DNA of 63,711 bases, filler included, from Octopus bimaculoides (taxonomy: Eukaryota), in the NCBI RefSeq assembly GCF_001194135.2. It is 9 parts of 9 records of this genome, joined end to end, with 100 filler letters (N's around TTAATTAATTAA, not from the genome) between each part and the next. Parts side by side here need not be neighbours in the genome. Positions count along the whole stretch, not along the records: positions 57,411 to 63,711 come from NC_069002.1; 8 more parts are not named here. One strand, written 5' to 3'. Below are positions 60,706 through 63,711 of this stretch, one piece after another. Made by a program: the position numbers and the translations under genes. Position 1 is the first letter of the stretch. Each line of letters starts with the position of its first letter. The notes under the pieces were generated by a model. That model made no database searches and had not been told where the DNA came from. It saw nothing but the letters and a program-made list of their open reading frames with translations.

Positions 60706-61138
60706 ATTCTTTTCTACTCTAGGCCCAACGTCCGAAATTTCTGGAGAGATGGGGGGGGGGAGTTGATTAGATCAAGCCCAGTACACAACTGTTACTTAAT
60801 TTATCGACCCCGAAAGGATAAAAGGTAAAGTCGACCTCGGCGGAATTTGAACTCAGAACGTAAAGACAGACAAAATACCGCTAAGCATTTTCGCACGGCG
60901 TGCTAACGTTTCTTATATTTTTTATTGCCCACAAGGGGCTAAACATAGAGGGGACAAACAAGGACAGACAAAAAGATTAAGTCGATTACATCGACCCCAG
61001 TGCGTAGCTGGTACTTAATTTATCGATCCCGAAAGGATGAAACGCAAAGTCGACCTCGGCGGAATTTGAACTCAGAATGTAACGTCAGACGAAATACCGC
61101 TAAGCATTTCGCTCGTCGTGTTAACGTTTCTGCCAGCT
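60706..61138 (-). mobile_element. SINE family C head-to-tail dimer (another old monomer at 60420-60640)
   Basis: Junction aataag|aaacgttagcacg at 60911/60912; the second monomer has the terminal tail cctagagtagaaaagaat. Confidence 0.9.
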
Positions 61139-61577
61139 GGTCTCCTTACAGTTAGGAATAAAAGGAGTTAAGTATGCATAGACAAACAGACTGACAGACA
61201 GACAAATAGATAGATAGATAGATAGATAGATAGACAGATAGACAGATAGATAGACAGATAGATAGGTAGATAGATAGATAGATAGATAGATAGATATTAA
61301 AGTCCAGCAAGAACACAAGAGATACGAACCTAAGTTCACACGATTTGTTTGTTCAGAATCTAAGCGAAAAAAAAATCAGTGAGTAAAAACGCAATTGCCA
61401 TGGACTGCGGCTGCTGCTGCTGCTGTTGCTGCTACTACTACTGCTGCGACTACAACTACTGCTACTACTACCACTACTACTATCATTGCAACTACTACTA
61501 CTCGTCTCGGCCGTGACACAATAGCTGTGAAATGCTTGCAAACATGCTGATGAAATGAATCATTAAACATTGGTGTT

Positions 61578-61608
<31 letters not shown>

Positions 61609-62107
61609 ACGCACACACACACACACGCACACACACACACACACAAACATATGCACACATACATGCATACATACACATGCGACAGACATACACGTATACG
61701 TAGACATACATATGCATAGGCACACGCATGGGAATATATATACATACGCAAAAGTGAATGTCAGCAGACGCAGTTTCACATGAATGAACATGCACACGCT
61801 TACACAGGCACGCACACACACACACACACACATACACACACTTAAATATAAACACATACGAATATACAACTCATTCACGGCGACAGAATCACAGAATCCC
61901 TCACGCATTCACCTCCACACACACACAGTATTTAGGAATAATTTGGATAAATTGAAATAATCCTAGATAGAAGAGATTTGAGGATTTTGTTAAATCTGTT
62001 AATCTGGTTGGAACTGGATAATTTAGTCACACATTGTCTCTCTATCTATCTATCTATCTGTCTATCTGTCTATCTATCTATCTGTCTATCAGATCTGTCC
62101 GTCTGTC

Positions 62108-62199
<92 letters not shown>

Positions 62200-62320
62200 G
62201 CCATATAACTGTGCCCAATGCAAAATAAAATCATTATGGCCACCACTTCGAATTCTACAAAGGTACAGAAACTATTTTCGATGCTGAGCATTATATATTC
62301 TGATAAACGGATTTTTTTCT

Positions 62321-62358
<38 letters not shown>

Positions 62359-62364
62359 TAATTT

Positions 62365-62755
62365 CTGTTATAGGCACAGGGCCTGAAAAATTTGGGGGGA
62401 GGGAACAAGTTGATTATATCGACTCCAGTGTTTCACTGGTACTTAATTTATCCAACCCGAAGGGATGAAAGACAAAGTCGACCTCGGCAGAATTTGACCT
62501 CAGAACGTAGCGGCAGACGAAATACCGCGAAACATTTCGCATCGCGTGCTAACGATTCTGCCAGCTCGCTGGCGTTTTATCATTTGCACTAAAGGTACAA
62601 CGTCTGAAATTTTGTGGGAGGGGACTCCTCGATTACATCGAAACCAGTACGCAGCTGGTACTTAATTTATCGACCTCGGAAAGATGGAAGGCAAAGTTGA
62701 CCTCGGTGGAATTTGAACTCAGACCGTAAAGTCGGACGAAATGCCCGCCAAGCAT
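62365..62755 (-). mobile_element. Two adjacent SINE C monomers
   Basis: Cores at 62440-62520 and 62650-62730; (ATT)n tail at 62325-62360. Confidence 0.8.
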
Positions 62756-62972
62756 AAAATTTCCTTAGAGTAATTAAAAAAAATCTTTTTATAAGCCAGC
62801 AAATTTTCAGATAATTAATTTGATCGATCTCCCATTAAGTTTCTTGGATTATACAGATATCGTTAAAATGTGATTGGGGAAAAATCAAGCAGCTTTTGGC
62901 AATATAATAAAATATTAAACAAAATCTAGAAAATACACGATGAAAATCAAATATTAATACGAAGATATTTAA

Positions 62973-63177
62973 CCCTTTAACGTTTAAACAGGATATATCT
63001 GACTCAAATATTCCACTTGTTTTATATTCAAACCGATCAGATCCGGCTTTTTACAGGTACCTTATAATATCAGTGTAAAAATATAAAAATCTCATCTTCA
63101 AAACCTCGAAGCTACGAGACTATGCGCGATTAATTCAAAACAATTTAAATAAATAATTGATGGATCATTCTGAACGG
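62973..63177 (+). mobile_element. piggyBac-like MITE copy, right end damaged
   Basis: TTAA|CCCTTTAAC start; internal match to 438-643. Confidence 0.55.
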
Positions 63178-63586
63178 TACAAGCTAAGGCATGCAGACGA
63201 CATATTCAACATAATGTTGAATTATATATAAAAAGCTGTTGCTATTTGCTTGTCTGTTGGTTGGTTTGATGGCTTACACCTTGTTATTTCATCTACAAAA
63301 AGTTTTGAAATGGTAAAAACGTGAAAACCGATTTTTAATTCCCGGGGGAAATTTTCTGTTAATTAACAAAAAAAAAAAAAAAAAAAAGAAAAGAGTGAAT
63401 CGGTTCGGAAAAAATTTTAATCGGACGACTGTGTACATACATACATACATACATATATACATACATACACACGTATAAACACATACAGATGTATATGTAA
63501 GCCTATATGCATGTATTACATATGTATTATGTATGTATGTATGTATGTATATACAAACACACAGACACAGACACACACACATATAT

Positions 63587-63629
<43 letters not shown>

Positions 63630-63675
63630 TGTATATGTATAGGCATATGTGTACATGTGTATATATGTGTATGTG

Positions 63676-63711
<36 letters not shown>

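Overview
AT-rich eukaryotic draft-assembly DNA with many N gaps and NNN-TTAATTAATTAA-NNN linkers. The repeat content (dense microsatellites, tRNA-headed SINEs, RTE tails ending in (GAT)n) suggests a cephalopod, probably Octopus; this is inferred and not database-checked. I could not recognise any intact host protein-coding gene, tRNA, rRNA or CRISPR array. The window is intergenic or intronic, with at most a few candidate small + strand exons. It is mostly mobile-element debris: SINE families, RTE, CR1/L2, R4/Dong and Penelope-like (PLE) retrotransposon fragments, a Gypsy LTR-PBS-gag start, Tc1, mariner and Tigger remnants, and piggyBac-, hAT- and Merlin-like MITEs. The main unannotated signal is a set of type I hammerhead ribozyme (HHR) motifs in several different non-coding contexts. 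They include one near-intact core (22980-23065), one downstream of a tRNA-type Pol III promoter (46969-47170), one in a 370-nt direct-repeat unit (7355-7752), a two-copy family (43977 and 53400) and a fold-back pair (36716-37001). Two PLE coding remnants lie in the same window. Together these suggest PLE-dependent retrozyme-like or ribozyme-SINE families. All alignments, translations and folds were done by eye, and outer boundaries of old repeats are approximate.
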